A stretch of 64,000 nucleotides of DNA from Dimorphilus gyrociliatus (Eukaryota; Animalia; Annelida). Both the position numbers and the translations under genes were made by a program. Shown piece by piece: positions 11,601-23,628 of the stretch (position 1 is its first letter; each line of letters opens with the position of its first letter). The notes beneath the pieces are model-generated. The model saw only the letters and a list, made by a program, of their open reading frames with translations. It did not search any database and was not told the DNA's origin. Location of the stretch: contig CAJFCJ010000004.1 of the NCBI GenBank assembly GCA_904063045.1, positions 1,109,713 through 1,173,712 on the forward strand. Reading direction: 5' to 3'.

Positions 11601-14600
11601 TATTATTCGGTTTAATGTTCAATTTTGCCTCAACTTTATCAAACACACTCCATATCATACTTATAGGATAACTATTTTCGCATTTATTCTCAAACTCAGC
11701 CTGAAAATAGACCGTCTCTGATTTGTATATGTATAATGGTTCAGTTTTTATCATTCCAAATTCACTAAGCGTTATTATAGGTCTCTTACATCTTAACACA
11801 TTTATTTTCAAGAACTTTGTTGAACGTGAATTTGAATTAAATGCATATACAGAAATATCATAAATTCCAGGTTGTGTCCAAGTGTGTAGATGCTGGAGTT
11901 TATTTCTACCTCCCCGAAAACTTACCAAAGTAACATCTTTATAATTTATTGTACAATTTTCACTTCCATACATATATTGAGTTGTTGAGTCTCCAAAATT
12001 CCATAAAAGACATGGATCTAATCCCAAGGTGGAATAACTAAACTCTAACTTTGTGACTTCATTCACTACTGCATAGTCTATAAGCTTTAAAGCGGTTCCA
12101 GTTACACCGTATTCAATTCTTAATATTTGCCATTTAGTTTTCGTACAAAATGTATTTTGAGCACTGGCAGTTACATTGAAAATCCCTTGCTCTTTATAAA
12201 AATGGGAAAATTCAAAGCTTTTCTTTACAAGTGACTCGGGTGTTACTTTATTTTTTCCAGTGGAAATAATGAGAGAAACATTTGAACCCTTTTTCCAAGA
12301 AGTTTTAAACAAAATTTCAGATAGTGGCTCAAAAGTATTACCATTCACATTAAACTCAAAATCGTCAATGCATTCTCCTACTCTAATACTTGAAGTTTGA
12401 CTTTGAGCGCTTATTATATTCTTTACTTCTCCTTTTACATCGTAATATCTTTCATTTTTGTATTTATGAGTTACAGTGAAATTTTTCAAGTTGTTTAGAC
12501 TAACATTTTCAAAAGTAAATGTTTCTCCATCACCTGTTTCCAGTGTTAGAGTCGCTTCTTTGAAATTTTCTTTCTTATCCTCCAGATAGAATACGAATTT
12601 TGCATCCTCATAGAAAGATGCAATATTCTTTGCCTCCAATAAGACTTTTGGTAATCTTCTCACAAATCTTACTCTTTTCCATATTTTTTTTGTGCTATAA
12701 TCGTTCTTTACTGCCATTGTTATGTTTCGATAACCTTCTTTTGTAAAATTATAGGTCAAGGAAACAGTTTTTACTGTTGGATTATCTCCATTCATAAAGA
12801 AGGCTCGCAATAAACCTTCAACGTTTGATTTTATATCAATTCTATAATTGGAACCTTCACTAATCACTCCTGATATGTTAAATGCCTTTCCAGTTTCCCA
12901 TTCTGTTGCCTTTACATCTATATAGATATCACCTATCTCTCTTACTACCTCAACTTCAGCAACAGCAGCTTTCGAGGACAATTGATTTTCAGCAGTCAGG
13001 TGATAAAAATGAGTACCAATAGTTATTGGAATTGGGATATGAAGGTTTTTTGTAACTTTCGGGCAAGTAATTCTATTATCATATACGGTTCTGTCTGCCT
13101 CATCAGCTTTTTTATCTAATATCAAACAAGATATCGGATCACCATCGACAATGTTCCAACTGATTGGAACATATGCATCTTTAATTCGGACGTTGAATTT
13201 ATCTTTGGTTAATTGTAAGCTCGTAATGGGTTCTTCTACTTCAATATTTTTTAACTGGCAGACCTTCGTTGAAAAGAAATTCGTTGCCAATAGATCAATT
13301 TCATATTTCCCAGTTCTACTGTAATTAAAATCTTGAGAATATTCATTATAAATCTTTACGTTATGATACTTGAGTTTTACTCCATTATTATAGTTTATTT
13401 GAAATGTTACATTCGTACCTCCATGTATTCTATACTGAAATTTATATTCTAGTTTGTTCGAAAGTATATGATTAGCCATGCTACACGTTACTGATGAGAT
13501 ATTCAAGCCAACTTTGACTGTTATAATCCTGTCTAGTATACTAACTGGATTGGTGGCAGTGACAAGTAAATCATAATATCCATCATACTGGTAAAGATAT
13601 TGAACTTGTCGCTTATATTTGTCGATAAAATTTAGCGAAGTTGTTTGGTTGTTATCTCCAAAAGTAACTAGGAATGAAGGATTTGTTGGAGCATCAGCAG
13701 TTTGGAGGAAAGTAGTCAATAATTTCAAAGGCGTAGTTGTTGTGGTAATACTCTGAATTTCTAATTTCATATCGACAATTGGATGGAAAACATTAAAAGT
13801 TACTGTTTTTGTAATGTTACTTAATCCGTTGTAACAATTCACAGTTACATTGAATGATCCTTCTTTAGAGCTTAGGACTGAAATTGTGTTAATGTAATCG
13901 TCAATAACACCTATTCTGTAAGATGTTGAAGAGGAAATATTAACATCGGTATTTATGATAATATTTACGCTAGTTCCTTCTTTAACTTTAATTGTAACAA
14001 GTGTTTCTTCATTAGATCTTAAAATAGTTTTTTCGATGCTTAATTGAAAACCGATGATTCTCTTTTCTACTGCTATATTTGTAGAATAAAAAGACGTTGT
14101 ACTAACTCCATTTGTTGCCCAAATTTTTAGAGAATGATTTCCTATGCCGATTCTCGTAATATTTGCATAAAAAGTGGTATAGTTCAATCTTATTTCTTTA
14201 AATGATTTATCATCCAATAACATGGTGGTATTAACTGGATTTCCTGTTGCTAATGTCCACCAGAATATTTTCTCTTCCTCTACGTCAAAGAAATATGGTC
14301 CTATACCTTTTAAGCCAGATATACTATCTTGTATTTCAATACTCTTATCAAATTCAAGTATTTCCCAACCAAATGAGTTAGAAATATTAACAGAAACGTT
14401 AAAAATTCCTCCGAATGTAGGCTTTACATTATATTCGTAAATTATAGTTTTATTAACTAATGGTTCAATGAAATGTTCGTCTGTCATAGGTCCATAGTTA
14501 ATTTTAATTACAGCATTGCTTCCTTCTTCTATTCCAATTTTAACCTCAAAAGTATCAGCGGTTGTTAAGAATAAAGGACTAACATCATGTAAAACAGGAT

Positions 14601-17600
14601 TTTTTAAAGGTGTACCTGCTCTAAAAACCATACTCTCTCTCGTCAAATTAGATACATTGTTGTGAATTACAGCTCTGATTTGGTAAAATCCTTCCTTTTC
14701 AAGATATGAATAATTCTGTTGAAAATTTTCGAATTGTTCTGTGAAAAGTTCAAAAAATGGCTTCTCTTCTGATGAATCAATGTCAATAATTGATAAATTA
14801 ACATAAACGTTAGTCGCCAAGTTGCTTGAAACAACACTACAATTGACACCCTTTTGATAGTAGCTTAGATTTTGTACTACAATATCTAAGTCATTAATGG
14901 GATTTTCAATATCAATTAAATTGCTGTATGATGATATATTTCCAACTATATTAGATGCATTTCCGTATAACCTGTATATTCCAGGTTTACTGTAACTTAT
15001 CTCATAGTTTTCCCTATAGTTTATATGATCTCCTGTCAAATTTTTTGTAGCAGTTCCTTCATTAAGATAAATGCTATATTCCAAATTTGATCCAGAAATT
15101 TCCAAAGTTGTGTTGAAAGTTTCGTTTGTTTTATAAAATAACTTTTCAAAAGAGATTGAAAGATTTGATACTTGACGTTCAATTTGAACTGTCGTATTAC
15201 CAGTCAATTCTGATATGTTATTCTTTGCAGTGATAGTAAGGTCATGTATTCCAATAGTTGTAAAGTTATCAGGAAGGATAAAGAAATAATCTCTGGTTTT
15301 TCCCAGAGATGTATCGTTAAATACCTCAAAAGTAACATCATATCCATGATCAAGAGTCCATGAAATATTTTTTAAGTTATCTCTTTCGAAAAGATAAAAT
15401 TTGGATATATTCAAACCCATAATAGGATCTTGAACAGTTACATTCCTGCTTAACTCTTGAGAACTGATAAAATTATTACATTCTACCCGTAACTCTACTG
15501 TAACTTTTTCGTTAAATGATACTGAAAAAGTAACCATTTCAGTTAAATTAGCAACTGTCCTGTTATCTTCAATTTCATTATTTCTATAAAGTGTGCAATT
15601 TCCAGGAGCTCCTGATGAAGCTCTATAAGAGATATTGACTGGTTTATCTTTTAAAACAACACTAGGAGCTATCAGTTTTAGCCCTTTTATTGCTATGACC
15701 GGCTGTATTACCTGTACCGTAACATTCAAGGGATAGTTGGTTTTCTCATTCCTTGCTATAATGTTCATATCATAAATTCCAACTTTTTCAAATTTATGAC
15801 GTATTGTAATATTTTCCGTGAAATAAACGGGTTTTGTTTTTAAATCAACTAGGAATACAGGAAAAGTCTTTTCTGATGTAAATAGCAACATTTCAAAGGT
15901 TTCATTAACATTTATAAAAGTGCTGCTGAGATTCATTTCTGAGTAGTGATCTAAAACAGTCACATTAAAACTAAGAATGGGCTCTGGGTTAACAATTGGA
16001 ATTGTTGCATCCAACATATAGATTTCTATGTCTGCTGTTGGTGAGCAGGGCTCAGTAGTAACAGCAATTGCTTCTGTGCAGTAACAATAGTTTATACCAG
16101 TCTTGCTTGAAATAGCACTAAAAGTATAAATTACATCACAGTGACTTCGGCATTCCAAAGGATCCACAGCAGAGCCCTTTGCATCCCAAATATCAGTGAT
16201 TTGTGTAATGCATTGAAGTTTATATTTTGCTGTATACAATTTAGCTGTTATAGTAGGAATATATTTGACTGAATATATAACAAACCCGAATCAAAATGTG
16301 ATTCCTCTGGTAAAACTAAACCATTCCAGAATCCCAGTTCATCAATTAAAAAAGATGATTCATTATTTCCAATTGATATTAAATTATTCTGAATCATTGT
16401 TTGATTGGTGCTGTTTCCAGATGAATGTGCTCTTAGAATATTGTCAACGTATACTTTCAAACCTAATTTCCAACTCCACATTACTTGAAAATGAAACCAT
16501 CTATTTGTATGAAAGTTTAGTATATGTTCCCATTGTCTATCAGGAAGATTCATCTGTATGTAAAATATATATGTTTCTTAATACAAAACTCCTCTAACAC
16601 TTAAAATATCTTATAAATCTACCTCAATTTTACAATATCTACGGAAAGGTAGACTTTCATTGAAAGAATCGCAATAGAAACTCAGCCAAGGCGAAGAAAA
16701 AATATTTTTCGATTGATCATCTGGAAATTTAATATAAAGTGACAACGTAAAAGCCAAACACTCTGTGAGATCAGTGAAGCAGTTTTCATCGGGGATACTA
16801 ATATTAATATGACCATTTTTTAACTCCGCTGCATTAGGTGTAATACTACCATTCACAAAGAAAACGTTAACAGCTTGACTGTCTACAAGGTTACCATTAA
16901 GTTCTCCAATGTCGTTAATATTTTTAAAGCCAAGCGAGAGATTTCTTGTTGGGATAGTGGCATTCTCTTTATGGGAAAATTTTAATTAATACCAGCTGTG
17001 ATAATTTAAGAGACTATTGAAACCTTACCGTACAAGTAAAAAATATCTAGTGGTCGCGTTAATTTATCCCTAAAAATGAACTCATCAATCTGAATAGAAC
17101 TTGGACCGGTATCTCCTAGCTCAATTTTTGAGGAGAGGTAACGATTGATTGGCTGATGAGTCACATTTGGAGTAAAAATTTGCTGCTCGCCATTCAAAAA
17201 GACTCGCAAGTAATTATGCGGTTCTATCGTTAAAGTAAACATATTCCAGAAGAGCCTTCGCATAGGAATTTTAAAGTTAAAGTTTCCGGTGGATGTGAAA
17301 TATTGCCCAATTAACGTTTCGTCTGATGGTAAGTAGTTCAACGATAGGGAAGTTTGCAGATTAAAAACATAAATTAAAGGATCAGATTTACGTGCTAATA
17401 TTCTTAGCCAGAATGAAAATGTTAAACTATTTGCACACCAATCATTGTTAGCAATGCATTCTTTTGAAAATGAATAATTACTAAATGTGCTACCTTGAAC
17501 TAAAATAGATTGTTTTTTTATTCCAGGCTTCTTGAAATAATCACCATTCCACGGTTCTTCAAAATGATTCATATCAAATGAGAAGTCATATTCTCTTGAT

Positions 17601-20600
17601 ACAGCATTACTGACGTTTTGAATATATGCTCTAGTAATAGGCCTTATATCAAAATTTAGTTCATCAAGCTGTACATTTTGACCAGTAAAGACCCAATCAA
17701 TATTTTCATTTCTTTCATTTTGATTAATAACTGATGTATTAAACGAAGAGTAAGGTTTCCCGTTATAGGTCATATTAAACGTATTGTTCGTCAATGTAAA
17801 ACAAATATGAGTCCAAACACCTACTGAAGTTGAAAAGATAACTGATTCATCCAGGAAAGTACTATTTACTAAAACAACTCCTGAACCATTGTAATTCATA
17901 CTAAAGACGTGACCAAAATTAAATATTTCTGAACCTTGAAAATTGACTGGTAACTTATACCAGAAAGCAATACTAAATCCATCCTGACAGAGTGTTAAAG
18001 TAAGGGGACATCCATTGATCATATGAAATGATAATCTTCCCAATTGTATTCCCTTATCTATTGCTCCATCAATTTCTTGAATATCTGTGACATTCCAAAG
18101 CAGACCAATATCATCAGTGAGTATTGCTACTTCATTCAAACTTTCATACACTCCCCCTAATCCAAGCCGATACAAAGCATTTCTTTCTTCATTAGAGTAA
18201 AAATAATTTTCTGATACATATAAGTCATCCATACCCACGAAGAGCCCGTTGCTATCTAAACCAATCACCAAGCAATTTTCAGTATTACAAGATACTGATC
18301 TCCAAAATTTCACTACACCATCGGTCGATTTGGTTTTCTCTCCTCCATCTTTTGTGGCGTCTACACTATTAATGTAAAGGTCAATCCCTTTGTAACTCTG
18401 CCAAGCAAATATCACATTCATCCATTGAGTAACTGCGAATTTAAAACTAGTTGCCCTCCACACTTCATTTTTTTTGAAGACTTCAACTTCTATTTGATCA
18501 TCATGGTATACTACGTAAAAGCCACTATCTGTACTATTAACCATTGCCAAGACAGCAAAGGTTGTATTTGACGATGGACGAAACCAGAAAGACATTGAGA
18601 GGCCAAAGGGACACTCCATAAGATTACCATAGCATCTATTTTTTGAATGAAATAAACTCCATATTTGAAGACCAGACGTACCATAAAATCGTATAGCTTT
18701 CATATGGTTATCTTGTATTGCTAACGTTTGTGCATCTTTTAATCCTCTAAAATTATTATCAATTGGAAATATCGACTGATCGAATTGGTCAAATGAAAAT
18801 AAAATTCCAGTTTTTTTGTATTCTAAACATTCAAACGTTCCTACTTTCCAACGAAATGCACTTGATATACTAGATGTAAATTCAACTTTTTCAAACGGTA
18901 GAGAAATCTCAGGATTTGATAAAATATCTGCTGCTGATAGTTTTTCATAACCTTCATCGTTAACATTGGTCATTATTCCATTACAATTACACACAGTTTC
19001 ATTAGCACAGGACTTATCATTATAACAAGGACAGGTAGACGGTGCCTTTGCTCCAGGAAATTTGGTAAACGTATCGCCTTTAAGAGATGACATTTCGATT
19101 TGTAAGTCATCGTAAAGTTTTATACTGCTGTTACAATGAAATGAAAGTTGTTGTTGACAAAATTCCGAGCTGTAAGCGGCGACAGAAGCTGCCGGCAAAC
19201 CAAGATTTGGACCATCATCAGGAAAAGAATAAGAGAATGTCTGGGACGAGTCAGTGAACCATTTATTTTCTTGTGCAAGTGGAAATTTCTTTTTTGTTGC
19301 AACATCTAAAACGTAACATGAATTTTAGAAATAAAGAGCAACATTTCTATTTATTTCACTGAAGTTTACCGTAGGAACTGGAAAATTTGCAATAAAAATC
19401 AGTTCCATTGACTTTTTGCATATTAGATTCATCAAAATATTTTGCATATTCATATTCAGAACAAGATTTCATATCTAATATATTCATGTAATTTGATAAT
19501 ATTTAAAGATACACACTTGATAATTAACTTACTGTAGAAATTATGAAGAGAAATTTTATCTAAAAATTCTTCTATGTCAATACTGGCATAGGAATAATAT
19601 AAGTCATCAATACCTCCATTTCCATTATATATAATTTGATTATTTATTAATTTACCACCTAATATCACAAACCCTTCAGTACTGGCAACCCAATCTCTTT
19701 GATCATCACTACAATTTGCCAAGTATCTGATGTTATTTATGTAAATTTCAATATGACTTATTATTTCTCCTCGATTAGTTATATTATATCTTATCTCATA
19801 AAATTTCCACGAATAAAGATCTACATTTATGACAGCTACACATGTTTTATTACTCGAATATCCCGTGAAATGTACACCGTCGATATTATTTGATATCTGG
19901 AAAACAGTTTGATTTGCATTCCCAACCCAGAAATGAATGCCTGAAGATGATGCTATTTTTAACCAGAACGACCAGGAAAAGGCAGTTGGAGGACAATGTT
20001 CAGGACTGGTTAAACAACTTGCTAAGAAAAGCTGAGATTTAGCATAGCCCGAGCTGTAGTTAACATAGTTTTTGAAATATAAAGATTCATATTGCAAAGT
20101 AGCACTTTCATAAAGTTTGAAACGAATTTTAAACATTTCATTGACTTTATTAGATCTATCACCCCTTTCTCCAATAGTATAATTCTGAGAGTCAAAACTA
20201 TCAAAACTGCTCGATCCAACACCGTGTGTGGGAGAATTTGTGAGTGTAAGAATGCCCTGAGTTTCGTTCTCATCAGCTCTATCAGATAGAATGAAATCAG
20301 ATATCATAAAATTTTGAAAATTATTCAAGCTTGTAAAATTAGTTCCAACATAATTATTAAAAGATCGAGTACGACTTTTAAGCAAACGACCAACACAGGT
20401 ATTTGCAGTATCTATCAGTTGAGAGTTTATAAAGACTCTTAATCCCTTTTTCCCAAATTCAAATGTATAGAGTAAATTGAACCATTGATTCAGTAAAAGT
20501 TCATGTTGAACTTTGAATATACAAGAAAATGTTGTAACAGAAACTACCAATTGTCCATTTTCAATATAAACTGAATGTCCATATTTATCATCAGCATTGC

Positions 20601-22964
20601 CACCAAAATCGATAATATAATTTTTATTATTAGGATCAGCTGGAGCTATTTTTAAAATATGTCGTATAAGTATATATGACTCTGAAAGCGAAAGCTAAAC
20701 CTACTAGGAAAATACAACCACATTCGTGACGTTAAGCCCGAAAAACAAACTTCTAAATCTTGCAAACAACTTGACAGACTTGAATCATTAGTTTGAAAGT
20801 ATTTTTCATTGTAAAATTTATAAGGAGGATGTGCTTTTGTAAGGTCATCACCAACTGAAAAAAAACAATCCTCACATGTATCTGGAGAAGTAGGGAATCC
20901 GTCAGAAGTTTTAAAATCGCTTTCGTAATCTTTCATTTCCCATTTTCTTAATACGACTGTTTTCAAAACAGAAGAACAATTCATTATCTTGAAGAAATTT
21001 ATATTTTTAATTTCCTCACCTATCTTATCTAAAGCATTTGTCACATCAATTTTTTTTGATTGAAAATAAAGTTCATCTACAGTAAACTGTATACTACTTG
21101 AACCATCTCCTATTTAATTAATTACAGAATATTGAGGATAAATATAATTAATGAATGCTCAATTAATCCCTACCTAGGATAAGTGGATTATTAAATTCAG
21201 CTTTTCTAATCTTATCTTCTTTATATGGTTTGCTTGAAGAGCCAAGAAAGTCAAAATCTCGTGAACTTATTTCTGTCTCCCCTGAATTCAATTTTTTCTT
21301 AAAGAATTGAAGAAAGAAATATTATAAATTGCTTAAATTTTATATAAATTGCTTTATTTAACTTACAACATATCCGGCAATGAATGGATCATATATTAAT
21401 AAAACATAATACCATTTATTCAGCTTTATAGCCAAACTTTCATAATATGCAGAACCAGTTGATTTGAATATATATACCCTTATTGTAATAAAATTATCTG
21501 TTTCATCATAATAAGCGTATATTGCGAAACCTATATAAATTATAATTAGTTGTCATTAAATGAATTATCATTTTTAAGCCCCGTACCTTCATTTGAAGAA
21601 TCAAAATCTGCATTTCCTATTATTTTACCGAATTTATCAAATTTTGAGTTAATCTTTAACCAAAATTCTATTGTAAAACCGTTTGGACACCAATCACCAG
21701 TAGTCGTATCTTGAGAAAGGCATTCGGAATATGTCCCTAAATTAAGTGTAGTACCACTAATATGCAGTCCTGATTGTTTCAGTCCATCAACTAAGGTTAA
21801 GCCATTTAAAGAGGCTAACTTTAAAGGCGGTAAGCCAGAGAGAATATTTCCTTCATTGATTTCGTTGAAACTCCAAAATATCTTATTGGTTAAATTGAAG
21901 CTTATTTCACCTGAAAGTAATTTTAATTATTGAACTAATCAATTTAACATTTTCTAAATATAATAAATATACAATTGATTAATCGTAATCAATAATATAT
22001 CTAAATAGAATGTTACATATTTCCGTGTTGTCAACACTTTTAACTGAAAAGAAGAACTACTAGTTTTTCTCAAGTGATAAATTTTTATTGAAAGTGAACT
22101 ATTTAATATTAATAGATTAATTAATAATTAAACGCAGATAGAGAATAATATTTCATTGAACATACTTTCTTATTTGTACTAAGAAATAGCTCAATGAAAT
22201 GTATTAAAAGTAATTATTTTACTAAAATTTTTATGTAAAATTCTATCTAAAGAAAATCCCTTTTTCAAAGTTATGATAGGTCTTGGGAATCTATTTTTTA
22301 ACTCACCATAAAACACATCAAGGTTTATTGGATTGTAAACATTATCTTGAATATAGATTTCATCAATTCTAATAGAACCTGTGACCAACGTTTCTGCTAT
22401 TTTTAAAGTTGATCCAGTTGAAGATGTAGTATAATTTGTATATGAACTATTAAATACATGGTTTGTGTTATTTATTGCAATAATTAAAGTGTCTGAAAAT
22501 TTATTCCAAACAGCTTCTACATGACACCAATTATTGAAACAATAACTAGTGTCTGTAGTCATTGCTACAAAGTTTTTTTCCCCAGTATGTACTGTAAAAC
22601 TAATGGAATTATCTATCCCATTAAAACTGATTTGGAATCCTCTTGAATTTGAACTTATGGTGGAAAAAATGTCTACATATTGACTAGCTACACTTGATAG
22701 TGAAATCCAAAAAGCCACAGTTAAGCCATTCTTACAGTCTAGTGGACTCCTAGGACAATCTTTAGAGTCACTCCAACTAGCCACGGTAATTGTAGAAGAA
22801 CCTGTTATTTCCAAAGCTTTTTCTCTTCGGCCACCAATATAGTTGGCATTTGATAAAGTAATGATTAAACTATCAGTATTAATATTGCCATCAAGTGCCC
22901 AATACCAAGATTTTCCATAAATAGACGGAAGAAGAAATAGCAATTTGAAAAATAAGATCATCAT
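5655..22964 (-). CDS. Polycystin-1-like (PKD1/REJ family) 11-TM receptor-channel subunit, copy B, ~5,222 aa, 22 exons
   Basis: Exons: 22964-22307, 21910-21587, 21530-21367, 21297-21174, 21109-21020, 20956-20705, 20645-19533, 19474-19370, 19305-17029, 16966-16623, 16553-16286, 16244-10971, 10911-10744, 10682-10084, 10022-9935, 9875-9721, 9661-9410, 9354-8919, 8840-8746, 8672-7509, 7442-7307, 7237-5655. All introns are GT-AG, phases are consistent and the total is 15,669 nt. Motifs: WSC (KLQC...CRSHC...YCYC), PKD repeats (WNFGDST, FGDNNQ), REJ (NYPPYNGKCVIEP, FQIICSDWSDED), GPS (CLFW...W...C...CQCNHLTFFG), PLAT (YALIVRTG...AGTDS...SWFLEEI), TDDHLWLSVVSRPTRSHFTRVQR, TOP and S1-S6 (LNILISILNEA). 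Confidence 0.93.
6385..7099. repeat. Near-identical duplicated tract, copy 1 (partner 24356-25070); encodes the TOP domain of copy B
   Basis: Direct line-by-line comparison: 715 bp, 5 mismatches, no indels. Confidence 0.97.
15182..15360. repeat. 179-bp near-identical patch shared with 33170-33348 (within a PKD repeat)
   Basis: 3 mismatches in 179 bp; the flanks diverge. Confidence 0.9.
16619..16709. repeat. 91-bp identical patch shared with 34595-34685 (LamG-like domain 8)
   Basis: No mismatches; encodes KNIFSSPWLSFYCDSFNESLPFRRYCKIE plus the splice donor. Confidence 0.9.
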
Positions 22965-23628
22965 GTACTAATCAGTTTAAAGTGCAAGCAAGTACTAAAA
23001 AATATGCGCAGGTGGTAATTTATATAATAAGTATTTTTTTCAATGTCACCTGCATTATGAATTTTTAACTTTATTGAATTAGGTATATTGAAAGTAATTA
23101 CAAATAAGCAGTAACCGGTCTCCATTGTACCTGTTATAGATCAAAAAATCTATATTCAATAATTTTGTCTGAAGAAGAGAGAAAAGAAGTTGTTTGTTTC
23201 TATTTTTATGTCACAAGATAAGCAAAATTACCTAGCCAAAAGTATTACCATTGTGCAGGCTAGCCTATAGCGTATGATGAACTTGATAAAAATTAGTTAG
23301 ATAATTAATCCTAAAGTATTGGTTTTTTTTAAAGTTACATGTATACTTTATTCTATCTTATGTAATTTAAGAAATATATTTAGAATTGTTCAAGTTTCTA
23401 TTATCTTAAATAATTTATAAAAAGATTGAATATTGATATTTAACAGACGTTCTTTAGATGAAACAATCCGCTCAATGCCCTGAAGTTACTTGCATGAAAA
23501 TAAGCTGTCAATAAAAACACAAAGAAACACCTTATGCGACAGATATATTCAATGTATTTAGTAGTTATCCTTTGAAATGTACAAGAATAGCTTTTATACA
23601 TGCAACGTTTATTCCTCTTGTGAATCAA

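Noticed and set aside
20957-21019. Stop-free 3n introns (B 20957-21019; C 27315-27374) as possible regulated intron retention
   Set aside because: Each occurs in only one paralog, and chance stop-free 60-bp introns are expected among ~40 introns. There is no transcript evidence.
23095-23140. Possible RFX X-box (ciliary gene) upstream of copy B
   Set aside because: GTCTCCATTGTACC is a poor match to the consensus, and I found no equivalent upstream of A or C.
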